From the human T2T-CHM13v2.0 reference genome, Homo sapiens, in NCBI GenBank assembly GCA_009914755.4, contig CP068257.2:37632001-37696000 (forward strand): a stretch of DNA of 64,000 nucleotides. Direction: 5' to 3'. The position numbers were made by a program, and so were the translations under genes. The stretch's first letter is position 1; every line of letters starts with the position of its first letter. Below, in pieces: positions 33,914-48,971 of the stretch. Below the pieces are notes generated by a model. The model did not search any database, was not told the origin of the DNA, and saw only the letters and a program-made list of their open reading frames with translations.

Positions 33914-34755
33914 TGCTGACTCGCCCGAGTGCTGTGGCTCATGCCTGTAATCCCAGCGCTTTGTGGGGCCGAGGAGTGAGAATTGCTTGAGTCCAAGAGT
34001 TCAAGACCAGCCTAGGTGACATGGCGAAACCCTGTCTCTACAAAAAAATACAAAATTGTCCAGGCGTGATGACACACGGCTGTGATCCCAGTACTATGGG
34101 AGGCCAAGGCAGGCAGATCACTTGAGGTCAGAAGTTTGAGGCCAGCCTGGCCAACATGGTGAAACACCACCTCTACTAAAAATACAAAAATTAGCCGGGC
34201 ATGATGTTGGATGCCTGTAACATAAAAAGTAGGCAGGAGTGGTGGCGGATGCCCATAATCCCAGCTACTCAGGAGGCTGAGGCAGGAGAATCGCTTGAAT
34301 CCGGGAGGCAAAGGTTGCAGCAGGCTGAGATGGCGCCACTGCACTCCAGCCGGGACAACACAGCGAGACTCCTTCACCTACCAAAAAAAATATATATATA
34401 TATGTATGTATGTATACATGTATATATATATACGTATACATATACATGTGTATATATGTAGACATATATGTATACATATAAATACATGTATATAAATATG
34501 TATATATACACATATGTCAACATATACGTCTATGTATACATATATGTATGTACATATGTATATATACACGTATACGTATATATGGACATATACACATACG
34601 TATATAAACATATATATAAAATAAAATAAAAAATTAGCCAGGCATGGTGGCGCATGCTTGTAGTCCCAGCTACCCAGGAGGCTGAGGTTGCAAAGAGCCA
34701 AGATCACACCACTGCATTTCAGCCTGGGCAACAGAGTGAGACTCTGTCTCAAAAA
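33914..34755 (+). mobile_element. Composite Alu cluster, with partial and duplicated Alu arms, surrounding an expanded TA/TATG/TACA-rich low-complexity tract
   Basis: gcccgagtgctgtggctcatgcctgtaatcccagcgctttgtgggg ..., a second Alu start ccaggcgtgatgacacacggctgtgatcccagtactatgggagg ..., ggcaggagtggtggcggatgcccataatcccagctactcagg ..., then the microsatellite, then a terminal arm attagccaggcatggtggcgcatgcttgtagtcccagctacccaggaggctgagg ... ctcaaaaag. Confidence 0.75.
34385..34625. repeat. About 240-bp compound low-complexity repeat of (TA)n, (TATG)n, (TACA)n and (ATAC)n
   Basis: tatatatatatgtatgtatgtatacatgtatatatatatacgtatacatatacatgtgtatatatgtagacatatatgtatacatataaatacatgtatataaatatg.... The ORF-track entries at 34201-34752 with YIY/MYT-repeat proteins come from this tract. 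Confidence 0.95.
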
Positions 34756-35140
34756 GCAAACAAACTTGCTGACTCAAGAAACATTCAAGACAAAGAAGGA
34801 GCTTAGAAAAGAAAGACTAATAGTGCCATTAACAGAAAGCAAAGTAAGGAAGAAATTATGGATTTTTTTTAATGTTGAAAGTGATTGTTTATATCTAAGT
34901 AGATATGTTCCAGAATGTGGCCTAACATTGAGCTTTGCAGGCTATCTCATTAAAAGTAATGAGAAAAAGTAGTATAATTAAAGTTATATTAGTAGTTGGA
35001 TATTTTTGTTAATTAAAATTGAAGATTCTTTTATTCCTTTGCTTTCTTAATAAACTTGCTTTCACTTTAAAAAAAATTTAAACACCTTCCACACTGAATT
35101 GCTAATTGGACAAAAAAATTTTTTTTTAATTAAAACATCA

Positions 35141-35485
<345 letters not shown>

Positions 35486-36706
35486 GGAATTCTAAACCTA
35501 ACTGTCCATGGAAGAATATGTTTAAGTCACCTGTTCTAAATCAAATTTCCAGACAGATAAGCAATTTGTAGCTATTTCTGTCCCACTTATATCTTCATCT
35601 ATTCATGGACTGATATATACTGTTTTCTTTATAACAGCTCTAAAACATTTTTATATCTCCAGCATGGCTAAACAATTCTTTGCTCTTCTTTCGCTGTCCG
35701 TGCTTATATAATTCTCTTTTAAATGAGCTTGATTGGCTGGCACAGTTCCATAAAAACAAAATCATTGGAATTTCAAATGTAAATACGCTGATTTTATAGC
35801 ATAATCAGGAAAGATCTGACATATTTACAATACTGAATCTTCTGATTCAGGAACATGGTAGAGGTATTTTCACTTACTTAGACTATTTCCTTCCCCAACC
35901 CAAGACTCCGGTCAGTATTTTTAAGACCTTTCTTCATAAACATATTTCACATTTCCTGTTAAATTCATTCCTATGTGTTTGAGGGGTTTTGTTGCTATTA
36001 CAAATTATACTCTTCTTCCATTGTATTTATTACTTGTTTATTGCTGGTGTACAATAAAGTTCTGGTTTTAAGACATGGGTCCTATATATATTTAACCATC
36101 GTATTAAGCTCTCAGCAGTTCTAACAAGTTTTAACAGAATTCACTAATGAAGCCTCTAAGCTTGAAGTTTTAAGAGTTGCGATTTGTTTTTGTTTTTTTA
36201 GTGTCCAACAGGTATTTTTAACTTCTGGGGGCTTCCTTTTACTGTTTCTAAATAGCAACATTTCATCAATTGCAGTATCACTGACATACAACCATGTTTT
36301 GTTATGCCCCCTCAAGGCCAGTCGCCAATGACTACAGTATGTATTTCTGGATATTAAAAATAGTCTTGCTTTTTTTTTCTAAGATGGATTAGCTAAATCC
36401 TGCATAAAAGAAACAGTATGAACTATGATTTCTAAAAGTCTTCTTTGGCCTAGGATTTTAGGATTCCGTGCTACAATCTCATGTGTCTACTTCCAAAGTC
36501 CAAAGTATGCTTGAAATCTACACATTTTGAGTGACTACCTAGTATTTACCACAGGCTCATGAGCTTAAGAACGTCTACTTTTACAACTTGTTCAGTGGTA
36601 AAATAAGCACTCTTTAATATATGCTGATCCTCTCTTTTGCTATGAAAGAATGTATTATTTATTTTCTTTGGATATATAGCCAATCTTTTTTTGTGAAGAA
36701 CCTCCA

Positions 36707-36990
36707 GCTGGGTAGGGTGGCTCATGCTTATAAAGCCCAGTGCTTTGGGAGGCCAATGGAGGAGGATTGCTTGAGGCCAGAAGTTCAAGACCAGCTTGTG
36801 AAACATAGCAAGACACTGTCTCTATAAAAAATTAAGAACTAACTAGATGACGTGGCACACACCTATAGTCCCAGCTACTCAGAAGGCTGAGGCAGGAGGA
36901 TGACTTGAGCTCATAAGTTTGAGGCCAAGCGAGCTATGATTACACCACTGCACTCCAGCCTGGGCAACAGAGAGAGAACCTGCCTCTGGG
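36707..36990 (+). mobile_element. Alu SINE (older, diverged)
   Basis: gctgggtagggtggctcatgcttataaagcccagtgctttgggaggccaatggagg ... ccactgcactccagcctgggcaacagagagag. Confidence 0.8.
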
Positions 36991-36999
36991 GGAGGCGGG

Positions 37000-38095
37000 A
37001 GAACCTCCATACTGTTTCCCATAATAGTTGTACTAATTTACATTCTCACCAAAAGTGCATAAGAGTTCCCCTTTCTCCACATCCTTCCCAACATTTGTTA
37101 TCCTTTGTCTTTTTGAGAACAGCCATTCTGACTGGGGTGAGGTAGTATCTCACTGTGGTTTTGATTTGCATTTTCCTGATAATTAGTGATGTTAAGCATA
37201 TTTTCATATATCTGTCAGCCATTTGTATGTGTTCTTTTTAGAAATGTCTACGCAGGTCTTTTGCCCATTTTTTAACTGAATTTTTTTTCTATTGAGTTGA
37301 GTTCCTTATATGTTCTGGATATTAACTCTTTGTCAGATGCATAAAGTTTACAAGTACTTTCTCCTATTCTTCAGGTTGTCTCTTCGATCTATATTGTTTG
37401 TTTCCTTTGCTGTGCAGAAGCTTTGTAGTTTGATGTAATCCCATTTGTCTGTTTTTGCTTTTGTTCCCTATGCTTTTGGGTGTATATCCAAAGGGAAATG
37501 AGATCAGTATATTGAAGAGATAATTGCACTCCCATGTTTACTGCAGTGCCATTCACAATAGTCAAGACATGAATCAACCTAAACACCCATCTACAGATGA
37601 ATGGACAAAGAAAATGCCGTGTGTCTGTGTATACACACACACAAAATGGAACATTATAAACAGAATATTCTTCCGTCGTTTGTGGTAATATGGATGAACC
37701 TAAAGGCCATTATGTTAAGTGAAATAGCAAGGCACAGAAAGGCAAACACTGTGTAATTTCACCCTTGAATTTTAAAAGTTGATTTCACAGAAGCAGAGAA
37801 TAGAACAGTGGTTACCTATGGCTGGGGAGTATGGGGGAAGGGGGGGACCATGAGAAGTTGTTTCAATGGGTATTAAGTTACAATCAGACAGGAAGAATAA
37901 GTTCTGGTGTTCCATTACACAGTAAGGTGAGTACAGCAAATAACAATGTGATAGACATTTCAAGATAGCTAGAAGAGAAGATTTTGAATATTACCACAAC
38001 AAATAAATGATAAATGCTTAGTGATGGATATAATTACCCTCATTTGATCCTTATACAATGCATATATGCACTGAAACATCACACTGTATTCTTTG
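37000..38095 (+). mobile_element. L1 (LINE-1) 3'-end fragment
   Basis: aaatgagatcagtatattgaagagataattgcactcccatgtttactgcagtgccattcacaatagtcaagacatgaatcaacctaaacacccatctacagatgaatggacaaagaaaatg...tggaacattataaacagaa...gtggttacctatggctgggg...caaataacaatgtg match stretches of the L1 ORF2 C-terminus and 3'UTR consensus. Confidence 0.8.
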
Positions 38096-38149
38096 TCTTT
38101 CTACAAGTATTATAGGTCAACTAAAAACAAAAAATTTAAAAAGAATGTA

Positions 38150-38400
38150 GGCTAGGTGTGGTGGCTCACACACATAATCCCAGCACTTTGGGAGGCCAAG
38201 GCAGGAGGACTGCTCGAGCCTAGGAGTGTGACCAGTTCAGGCAACATGGCAAAACCCCATCTCTACTCAAAAAACACACACAAAAAAACTTAGCCAGGTG
38301 TGGTGACACACACCTGTAGTCCCAGCTACTCCCAGCTACTCAGGAGGGTGAGGGGGGAGCATCACTTGAGCCCAGTCAACAAAAAAAAAAAAAAAAAAAA
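38150..38400 (+). mobile_element. Alu SINE
   Basis: ggctaggtgtggtggctcacacacataatcccagcactttgggaggccaaggcagg ... (A)n. Confidence 0.85.
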
Positions 38401-38523
38401 GAATGTATTCGTCAAAGGTAGTTAGCTGTCCTGAACTGTTAAAATGAAATCTCTTCCTGTATGCTCACTCATGCATCCTAGGGGAGATAAAAATTCACAT
38501 AACATAAAACTCACCATATGAAC

Positions 38524-38831
<308 letters not shown>

Positions 38832-39009
38832 CCATATGAACCATTTTAAAGTCAACAATTCAGTGGCATTTAGTACATGCACAATGCTGTGCAGCCATCG
38901 CCACTACCTAAGGTCAATAGCTACTATTTCACAAGATAAACTGCAACCTGTCAAGGCATTTTTCAATTCTCTTGGATTTTAAGTAGGCAACCAAACTTCT
39001 GGAAAATAA

Positions 39010-39326
<317 letters not shown>

Positions 39327-40399
39327 CATTTTTGTTCTTGCCTAGCAATACTAAAAATGAACAGTTGTAGTAATAGTATAGTGTTCATTTTCTGCAAATA
39401 CTTAATTTTGTAATATTTTTAATCTAGATAAAAGTCGTAATAGTACCATGAGCACCCATACACTGGTCATCAAGATTCACCAATGGTTAATAGTTTGCAA
39501 CACTTGCTTCCTGATGTAGATATCACACTGACATGAACCATCCAAATCTACCTTGCTGACATCATCACTTCAACCCTAAAATCCTTAGTGTGTATCTCCT
39601 AACAATGACATTCTCCTACATAACTATGATTATCAATACTTCGAAAACTTACTATTGATAAAACATTATTATATAATCCATATTCAAATTTTCCAAATTT
39701 CTCAAGCATCCTTTACAGCTTTTTTCTCTCCTAAATCTAGAACCCAAATCAAGGCTCACACATTACACTAACGTTTGTCCCTTTTCCTGAGGTTCCTTAT
39801 TGAAAAGCTCTCCACCTTTCTATCTTTCTTGAAACCAAACTTTTGAGGAATAAGAGATTTGTTTCACAGACTGTTTCTCAATTTGGATTTGTCTGATTGC
39901 TTCCTTGGGAGATTAGCGCCAAACATTTTTTACCTAAATAATAAGTAGGTAGAGAAAATGTTTAACTACAGATACAATGCATTTCATAGTTACAAGTCAA
40001 TTCAGATTTTCTTTTTGTGTCTTGTTTTTCTCTGTATTAACCTTCAATTTTCCTTTATAAAGCTGCTTAAAATATCCTCTTTTTATTATCTGAAGGATAT
40101 GTAGTGATACCCCTTTTTCAAATCTGATAATGGTTATTTGTCACGTTTCTTTTTTGTTCCCTGAACAATGTGTCTTTTACCAGTATTTTTAGTCTTTCAA
40201 AGAACTTCTGGCTTTGTTGATCCTCACTACCGTTATGCACATTTTTTCTATCCTTAATTTCTGTACTTATCTTCATAATTTCTTTCTTCTTGTTTGTTCT
40301 TCTCCTAACTTCTTGAGAAATACACTTGTGATCACTGAATTTCAGCTTCTTTCTAATACATGAATTGGGTGTAAATTTCCCCTTCAGCACAACTTCAGA

Positions 40400-40960
40400 A
40401 GAGAATTATATACTGCTATGAAACAACTTACCCCAAAATTTTTAGCTGCACTGGACAACAATAAATATTCATTATCTCATAGTCTCTATGGTCCAAGAAT
40501 TCAACAGCAGCTTAGCTAGATAGGTCTGGCTCAGTGTCTCAAGGCTGCGAGATGCAGTCAAGATGTCGACCTGAGCCACAGTCACATAAAGGCTTAACTG
40601 GGAATAGGGGGATCTGCTTCCAAAATGGCTTATTCACATGGCTATAGCAGAAGACATCAGTTATTACCATGAAGACCTTTCCATAGGGCAGTTTGAGTGT
40701 GCAATCTACCTAACAACTGGCTTCCCCCAAGACCAGTGATTAAAGAGAATAAGACAAAAGATATTTCATTATGTTGTAGTGTAACTTCAGAAACACTGAA
40801 AGTCACATTATACCATTTTCTCAATATCTTCAAGTTCACAGGTCAACCCTATTCAGCAAGGAGACTACAGTGGCCTAAGTGCCAGAAGGCAAGAATCACT
40901 GGGCACTGCCTTGAAGGCTGGCTCCCAAAGAGTACCTCCCCCAAGTTTTAATATGTAATG
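40400..40960 (+). mobile_element. Probable MaLR-type LTR fragment (MLT1/MST-like)
   Basis: ttcattatctcatagtctctatggtccaagaattcaacagcagc...ctggctcagtgtctcaaggctgcgagatgcagtcaagatgtcgacctgagccacag resembles the MaLR LTR motif (tctcacagttctggaggct(ag)gaagtccaagatcaaggtg...). The classification is from memory of the consensus, not from a search. Confidence 0.45.
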
Positions 40961-41042
40961 TTTTCATTATTAATCAGTTTGAAATATTCTTAAATGTCTA
41001 TTGTGATTTTTCTTCTTTGATGTATGGATTATTTAGAAGTAC

Positions 41043-41468
41043 AGTTAGTTGACCCTTGAACAACGCAGGGGTTAGGGTATCAAACCCCCCCAGGCAGTTG
41101 AAAATCCACACGTAACTTCTGACTCCCAAAAAACTTAACTATTGATAAAGCCTCACCAATTGCATGAACAGTCAATTAACACATATTTTTGTATATGTTT
41201 TATATAATGTATTCTTATAATAAAGCTAGAGAAAAGAAAATGTTATCAAGAAAATCGTAAGGAAGAGAAAATATATTTACTATTAAGTAGAAGTGATCAT
41301 CTTAAAGGTCTTCATCCTCATTGTCTTCATGTTGAATAGGCTGAAGAGGAGGAGGAGGAATAAGAGGAGTTGGTCTTGCTATCTCAGGGGTGACAGAGGT
41401 GGAAGAAAATCTATATATAAGTCGACCCATGCAATTCAAACCCATATTGTTCAAGGGTCAACTATACA
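41043..41468. mobile_element. Non-autonomous DNA transposon (Tigger/MER-like MITE, Tc1/mariner superfamily), about 425 bp with about 20-bp terminal inverted repeats
   Basis: 5' end cagttagttgacccttgaacaacgcaggggttagggtatcaaacc. The 3' end ...cccatattgttcaagggtcaactatac is the reverse complement of agttgacccttgaacaa. Flanked by TA dinucleotides, as expected for Tc1/mariner target-site duplications. Confidence 0.7.
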
Positions 41469-42256
41469 TAAAATTTACAAAAAGTGAGGATTATCTGTTA
41501 TTAATTCTGGCTGTTAGTAATTTCTGGCTTAATTACACTGTTGTCAGAGAATATACTTAGAATTATTTCAGTTGAGACTTGCTTTAGACCATTTAATGTA
41601 CTTGCAAGTAATATAATTATGTTTACATTGACATTTACTATCCCAGTATCATCTTAGTACTGTTTTTTTCTCCTTTCTTGTTTTACTTTCTTTATTAGTA
41701 CATATTTCCCCACCTCTATTAAGCCTAGTAGTTATGCAATCTCTTGCTATACTTTTGGCTGTTATTCTAGAGATTTCAAAATGCATCTTCATCTTAAAGT
41801 CTAATGTAAATTTGTATTATTTTCCACTTCTTGAACAATGCAAAGATCTCAGAATACTGAAGTTACCGCCTCCTGATACACACACTATTCATTCTTTAAT
41901 TCCATATGTATTTTGAAGCCCAGAATTTACTTATCTTATACAGCCAATGTTTATTTCCATTTACCCACACATTCATTTTTTTTTTTGTCTTAAGTCTTCA
42001 TTCCTTCTTGCATCTCCAAGTTTCCACCTGGGATCACATCCCCGCCTAAAGAATATTATTTAGAATTCCCTTTAATGTTGTTCCATTGCTAAGAAGTTCT
42101 CAGCTTGTCTAAATATGCATTTAATATACTTTCATTCTTCAATGATATATTTTAATAGGTTCAGAATTATTGACTGGCATTTTCTATTAGCAATTTAAAA
42201 ATATTACTTCTTTGTCTATCAACTTCCGTTACTTCTATTAAGAAGCTAGCAATCAG

Positions 42257-42594
<338 letters not shown>

Positions 42595-42720
42595 CTAGGG
42601 CTGCAATGATTACTCATTGTACTCCATTCTATCTATTTTCTTCTGGCCTCAATTCCACTTCACTAATTCTCTCTTCAGTTTCATCAGTTGTGTTCAGATG
42701 CTGTTAAAATCACCCACTGA

Positions 42721-43021
42721 GGTTGGGCGAGGTGGCTCACACCTGTAATCCCAGCACTTTGGGAGGCCAAGGCAGGTGGATCACGAGGTCAGGAGATCGA
42801 GACAATCCTGGCTAACACAGTGAAACCCCATCTCTACTAAAAATACAAAAAATTAGCCGGGCGTGGTGGCACGTGCCTGTAGCCCCAGCTACTCGGGAGG
42901 CTGAGGCGCAGAAGAACCACTTGAACCCATGAGGCAGAGATTGCAGTGAGCTGAGATTGCGCCACTGCACTCCAGCCTGGGCAACAGAGCAAGACTCCGT
43001 CTCAAAAAAAAAAAAAAAAAA
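42721..43021 (+). mobile_element. Alu SINE (AluY-like)
   Basis: ggttgggcgaggtggctcacacctgtaatcccagcactttgggaggccaaggcaggtggatcacgaggtcaggagatcgagacaatcctggctaacacag ... (A)19. Confidence 0.9.
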
Positions 43022-43363
43022 TGTACTACTACCCAATTAGATTGTTCAGATATATTCAGTAGGTGATAAACGCATGTGAGCCCCCGTTACAAGAAGAATC
43101 ATTTCAGGGAAGACTAGAACTCCACTTTCAAAGAATTCCAAGATGATTTTAAAACAGGCACTCTCTCAAAGTATAAATTTTCTTATTTGCTGCTATATTG
43201 TCAACACATTCATATCAAACTATAAAATGTTAACTGTGAAACCTAGCAAGAATTTGAATTAATTTTCAAACTATAAAATCTTCCAGAGAACAATATACTT
43301 AACTAAAAGTAAGTACACAAACCAAAAATCTTGCTTAAACTTCCAAAATAAAACACTATCTCA

Positions 43364-43641
43364 GCAAGGCACGGTGGCTCAGGCTTATAATTCCAGCACT
43401 TTGGGAGGTGGAGGAAGAAGGACTGCTTGATCCTAGGAATTCAAGAACAGCCTGGACAACATGGCTAGATTCCATCCCTATAAAGAATTTAAAAAGCCGG
43501 GGTTGGTAAGCACACACCTGTGGCCCTAGCTACTCGAGAGGTTGAGATGGGCAGACCTTGACCCCAGGCTGAGGTTACAGTGAGCCATGACTGCACCACA
43601 GCACTCCGCCTGGGCCAAAAACAAAAAACAAAAACAAAAAC
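43364..43641 (+). mobile_element. Alu SINE (old, AluJ-like) with a 9-bp target-site duplication (ctatctcag)
   Basis: ctatctcag|caaggcacggtggctcaggcttataattccagcactttgggaggtggaggaagaagg ... cactccgcctgggccaaaaacaaaaaacaaaaacaaaaac cg|ctatctcag. Confidence 0.8.
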
Positions 43642-44460
43642 CGCTATCTCAGTTATAACTATCTTCATCCCAAAATAGCTACTCACTCTCTTTTCTTTGA
43701 GAATACTGACTAGAACAAAAGTCACCTTTTATCATAAAATTTCACACCAAATCTATTTAAGTGACCAATAATACACAGCCTAGGTGAATGTGCATAAAAA
43801 AATTGAACCACCACCAGTTTTCACCAAATTCTAATGAGATACACCAATGTACCTTTAAAAGCCTTATAAATCAAACATAAAATAAAAGCCTTACAAATCA
43901 TCTAACAATTTACTTCAGTCTAACCAAACGTTAAGTTTCAAAACATGATAGAAAAGCACTGAAACAGGGTAGTAGGGACAGCACTTGGCCCAACCCCACC
44001 AACATGTTTTTCCATATGTGACCACTGACCACCAGACATTTTGGTACCACCCCCACTGGCCTATACTCGCTGACCAGACCTTGTAAGTTGTCTAAAAAAA
44101 CTAAAACAAGCAGCATTCCACCATGAATCCTACTAAGGAGAGTTAACTCTATCCGCCCATATGTGCACAAGGCCAGGAGAAGGACCAATCCTAACCCTGA
44201 GCCTCATTGTAATACTAAAACCTTCGCCCAGAGGGGCTTATCTGCCCCTCTCATCATGTGACATATGTGTCAGCATGATTCCTTAGTGCATCTGCACACC
44301 CTGTGCTCCATCCCACACATGTAATAACGTTCACCTACCTGATGAGTTATGCACATTACCCTCCTTAAGACACGGCAAGGCATTCCCCTGGGGAGCCAGC
44401 CAGAGAACCCTTCTTCCTTCACTGTCTCACTTATTCCCAATGTTTCAGGCATAAGTCTCT

Positions 44461-44765
44461 TTTTTTATTTTTATTTTTTGAGGCAGTCTCACTTTGTCAC
44501 CCAGGCTGGAATGCACTGGTGCGATAACGGCTCACTGCAGCCTCAACCTCCTGGCTCAAGCAATCCTCCCTCAACCTCAGGAGTACCGAGACTACAGGCG
44601 TGTGCTACCTTGCCAAACTATTTTTTGTGGGGGGTGGGGGGGGGGTGGGGGGGGGGGGGTCTCACTAAGTTGCCCAGGCCGGGTCTCAAACCTGTGAGCT
44701 CAAGTGATCCTCCCACCTCAGCCTCCCTAAAGTGCTGGGATTATAGGCATGAGCCATCGCTAGGC
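44461..44765 (-). mobile_element. Alu SINE whose middle A-rich linker is replaced by a poly-G tract
   Basis: ttttttatttttattttttgaggcagtctcactttgtcacccaggctggaatgcactggtgcgataacggctcactgcagcctcaacc ... tattttttgtggggggtgggggggggggtgggggggggggggtctcactaagttgcccaggccgggtctcaaacc ... agtgctgggattataggcatgagccatcgctaggc. Confidence 0.85.
44627..44661. repeat. (G)n homopolymer-like tract, about 33 of 35 bases G (C-rich on the gene strand)
   Basis: gtggggggtgggggggggggtgggggggggggggtc. Confidence 0.95.
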
Positions 44766-45731
44766 ACAAGTCTTAATAAATCTCAGCATAAGTCTTAATA
44801 AATCTTGTCTGGGAAGTCTGCCTAGCCTCCTATTAATTTCTGTTACACTGACAGCCAAGAACCGTGCACTAGTAAGAGTAACATTTTCTGTCCCTAATAA
44901 CTAACGGATGTAAGGCAATGATCATCAGTGAGTAATACAAAAAACACTAGACATTTTGTGCCTTCTGATGGAAGAACTTACATCCCAATATGATCAATTC
45001 TCTATCAGTGATGAAATACTCATACCCCCGCCCCAGACGTTTTGAAATCAGAAACTTTGGGAGTAGTGCCTAACAATGTTTTAATCAAGCCCTCCAGGTG
45101 ATTCTCATGCACATTAAAGAGAACCACTGCTCTACATCCAATAACCAACTTAACAGAAATACAGAGGAACATATTAAACTACTCCAACAGGATACAATGG
45201 GCAACATCCAAACTGTGGGGAAACTATAGATAACCTAGGTCCTTCAACGAAGAAACTGCAAGCGAATTTTTTTTAAACTGCATAGATAGGTGAAATTTAT
45301 ATTTTAAGTTTCTTTTATTCTACAGCAACCAATTGTAACATGCAGGCTTCGTTTTGCTCCTGATTCAAACAACCTAAATAAAATACCATTATGAGACAAC
45401 TGGAAACTTGAACATCAATAAATAGTGTGATAATGGTGTTGCAGTTTTTTTAAAAAGGAATCTTTTCCTTCCATCATAACCGTCACTATGAAAAAAAGTG
45501 GGGAGGGGAATCCTTATCTTTTAGAAATACAGAATGAAATATTTGCAGAAGAAATTATATAAAACCTAGGATTCGCTTTAGGTACAAGATGAAGCAGTTA
45601 GGAAAGAATTGGCCATGGGTTGACAGATACATAGGGGTTTATACAATTCTGTCTACTCTGTATAGGTTCAAAATTATCCTCTGCTTATTGTGAAAAAAAC
45701 TTTAAATATTTTGGTAAATTAAATCAACTAA

Positions 45732-46028
<297 letters not shown>

Positions 46029-46317
46029 TTAGCAAAATCCACAAGTTTTAAAGTTGAAAAATAATTAATCTATCACCAGTTTCTAATTGACACTCATCCA
46101 GTTCAACCATAAACCCCAAAATATCAATAAGCCTTCATGTAAATATGCATTAGATCTTCATTTCATCAGCCTTCCATGATTTGTATGATTTGTATGAATG
46201 ATTATCACTTCTCTTACTTAAAACATAACTAATACACATCTTACTATTTCTCAATTCCAAAGAAACTGTTTTAAAGAAAAAGGTGAAAATACATATAGGA
46301 ATGTGCCCACTAAGCTA

Positions 46318-46548
<231 letters not shown>

Positions 46549-46891
46549 CTAAGAAAAAATATATCCAAAAATTAATGTTAGTACAGCAAATCTTTTAAAT
46601 ATTAAAAGAATACCTTTTATATGCCATCCAAATTAACTTTAACTCTTTCCAACTACAGAATACTCTCTTATTTATGTAATAAATTATGACTATGGTCAGA
46701 ACACCTATGGAATAATAGTATTTTTCTTTAAGGCAAAGACAGTCTACATAAAGATACTGCCGAGTTATCATTTCTACGGGTCAGACTCCATTACCAATAC
46801 TATTTTCCCCCAAGTTCTCTGCAAAGTAGTAAGTCCAACTCAAAGTTCACGGCTCTCTTATATCAACTAACAATGGTTAAATGTTAGTCTA

Positions 46892-47193
<302 letters not shown>

Positions 47194-47641
47194 CTATTCA
47201 CATCAAGCTATATAATGTGATGAATGTGATGAATGTTGGAACAGATCTATACTTCATAGTGTGAGAAACAGGACTAAGTGGCAATCCCAAAAACAAACAA
47301 AAGTGGTGGGAATAGCCTCCTCACGAACACAGTCTCAAGTTTACAGTACTAGCCAGCACCCATTCAAGAAACATTTGATTATCTACTCTTGAATTTTACA
47401 CCCACAAAATGAAAGTTAAACTTCTCACCTCTCCTAACTTACGCTTAAAACATTAAAACGATAAATTCCAAATTTTTTCAGATAGGTTTTTAATACTTAC
47501 TTGAACACTAATGGGTTATTTTATAATCAACCCATTTTCCTGAACCAGTGATTAATGTGAACATGAATCACTTGTAGAGGTCTGAGGAGCTTTTTATTTT
47601 GGGGGGTTTACAGTTAATACATATATTTAAGTATAATGTAA

Positions 47642-48003
<362 letters not shown>

Positions 48004-48214
48004 AGGTATGTCTATTTTTAAGCATCCTTAAATATCACATTTAAGAACGACTACTCTAAATCACTGTCTTTCAAAACAGCACAGAGTCCTATCTTCAGCT
48101 GAAGCACTTATTAAAAATACAAATTCGTGAGACCCACACCATACCTACTGAGTCAAAATCTCTGAGGATGGGAAACAGAAACTAAGATTTCCTAGATGAT
48201 TCTGAAGCACACTA

Positions 48215-48472
<258 letters not shown>

Positions 48473-48776
48473 CTAAGAAAAACTCAAATAACAATTTCTA
48501 GAGGGTCACAAAAATCTATGTTCAAGAAGCCCTAATGACACAATTTCTTCCCAATTCTATTCTTCTGTATTCAGTAACATAGACTTCTTACTATAAAAAG
48601 ATTTTTTATTAATTTTATTTTTAGTAATTATTTTAACAATAATTTGACATTTGATACTTATTACTATTAAAACAACATTTCAACCAGTATTTCCTTTTAA
48701 ATTTTAATACAGCATTTATAAAGGTTGTTGAGAAATTTAAAAACAATTATTTCAGGCATCTCAAAGGCCAACCTTA

Positions 48777-48971
<195 letters not shown>

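Noticed and set aside
34201-34752. ORFs encoding YIYIH/MYTYM repeat proteins
   Set aside because: They are translations of the TA/TATG/TACA compound microsatellite in different frames and on both strands.
40118-40390. 90-aa Lys/Arg-rich minus-strand ORF (..KEIMKISTEIKDRKNVHNGSEDQQ..)
   Set aside because: It is low-complexity A/T-rich intronic sequence adjacent to an LTR-like fragment, with no splice sites and no similarity to the BRWD1 continuation.
44349-44798. 149-aa plus-strand ORF
   Set aside because: It runs through a reverse-oriented Alu and the poly-G tract (giving a WGGGGLTK-type low-complexity peptide). This is repeat-derived read-through.
44768-44810. Short duplication aagtcttaataaatc(tcagcat)aagtcttaataaatc just after an Alu
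   Set aside because: Only two copies of about 15-20 bp. It is too short for function and probably a slippage or TSD-associated duplication. Noted only as a minor feature.
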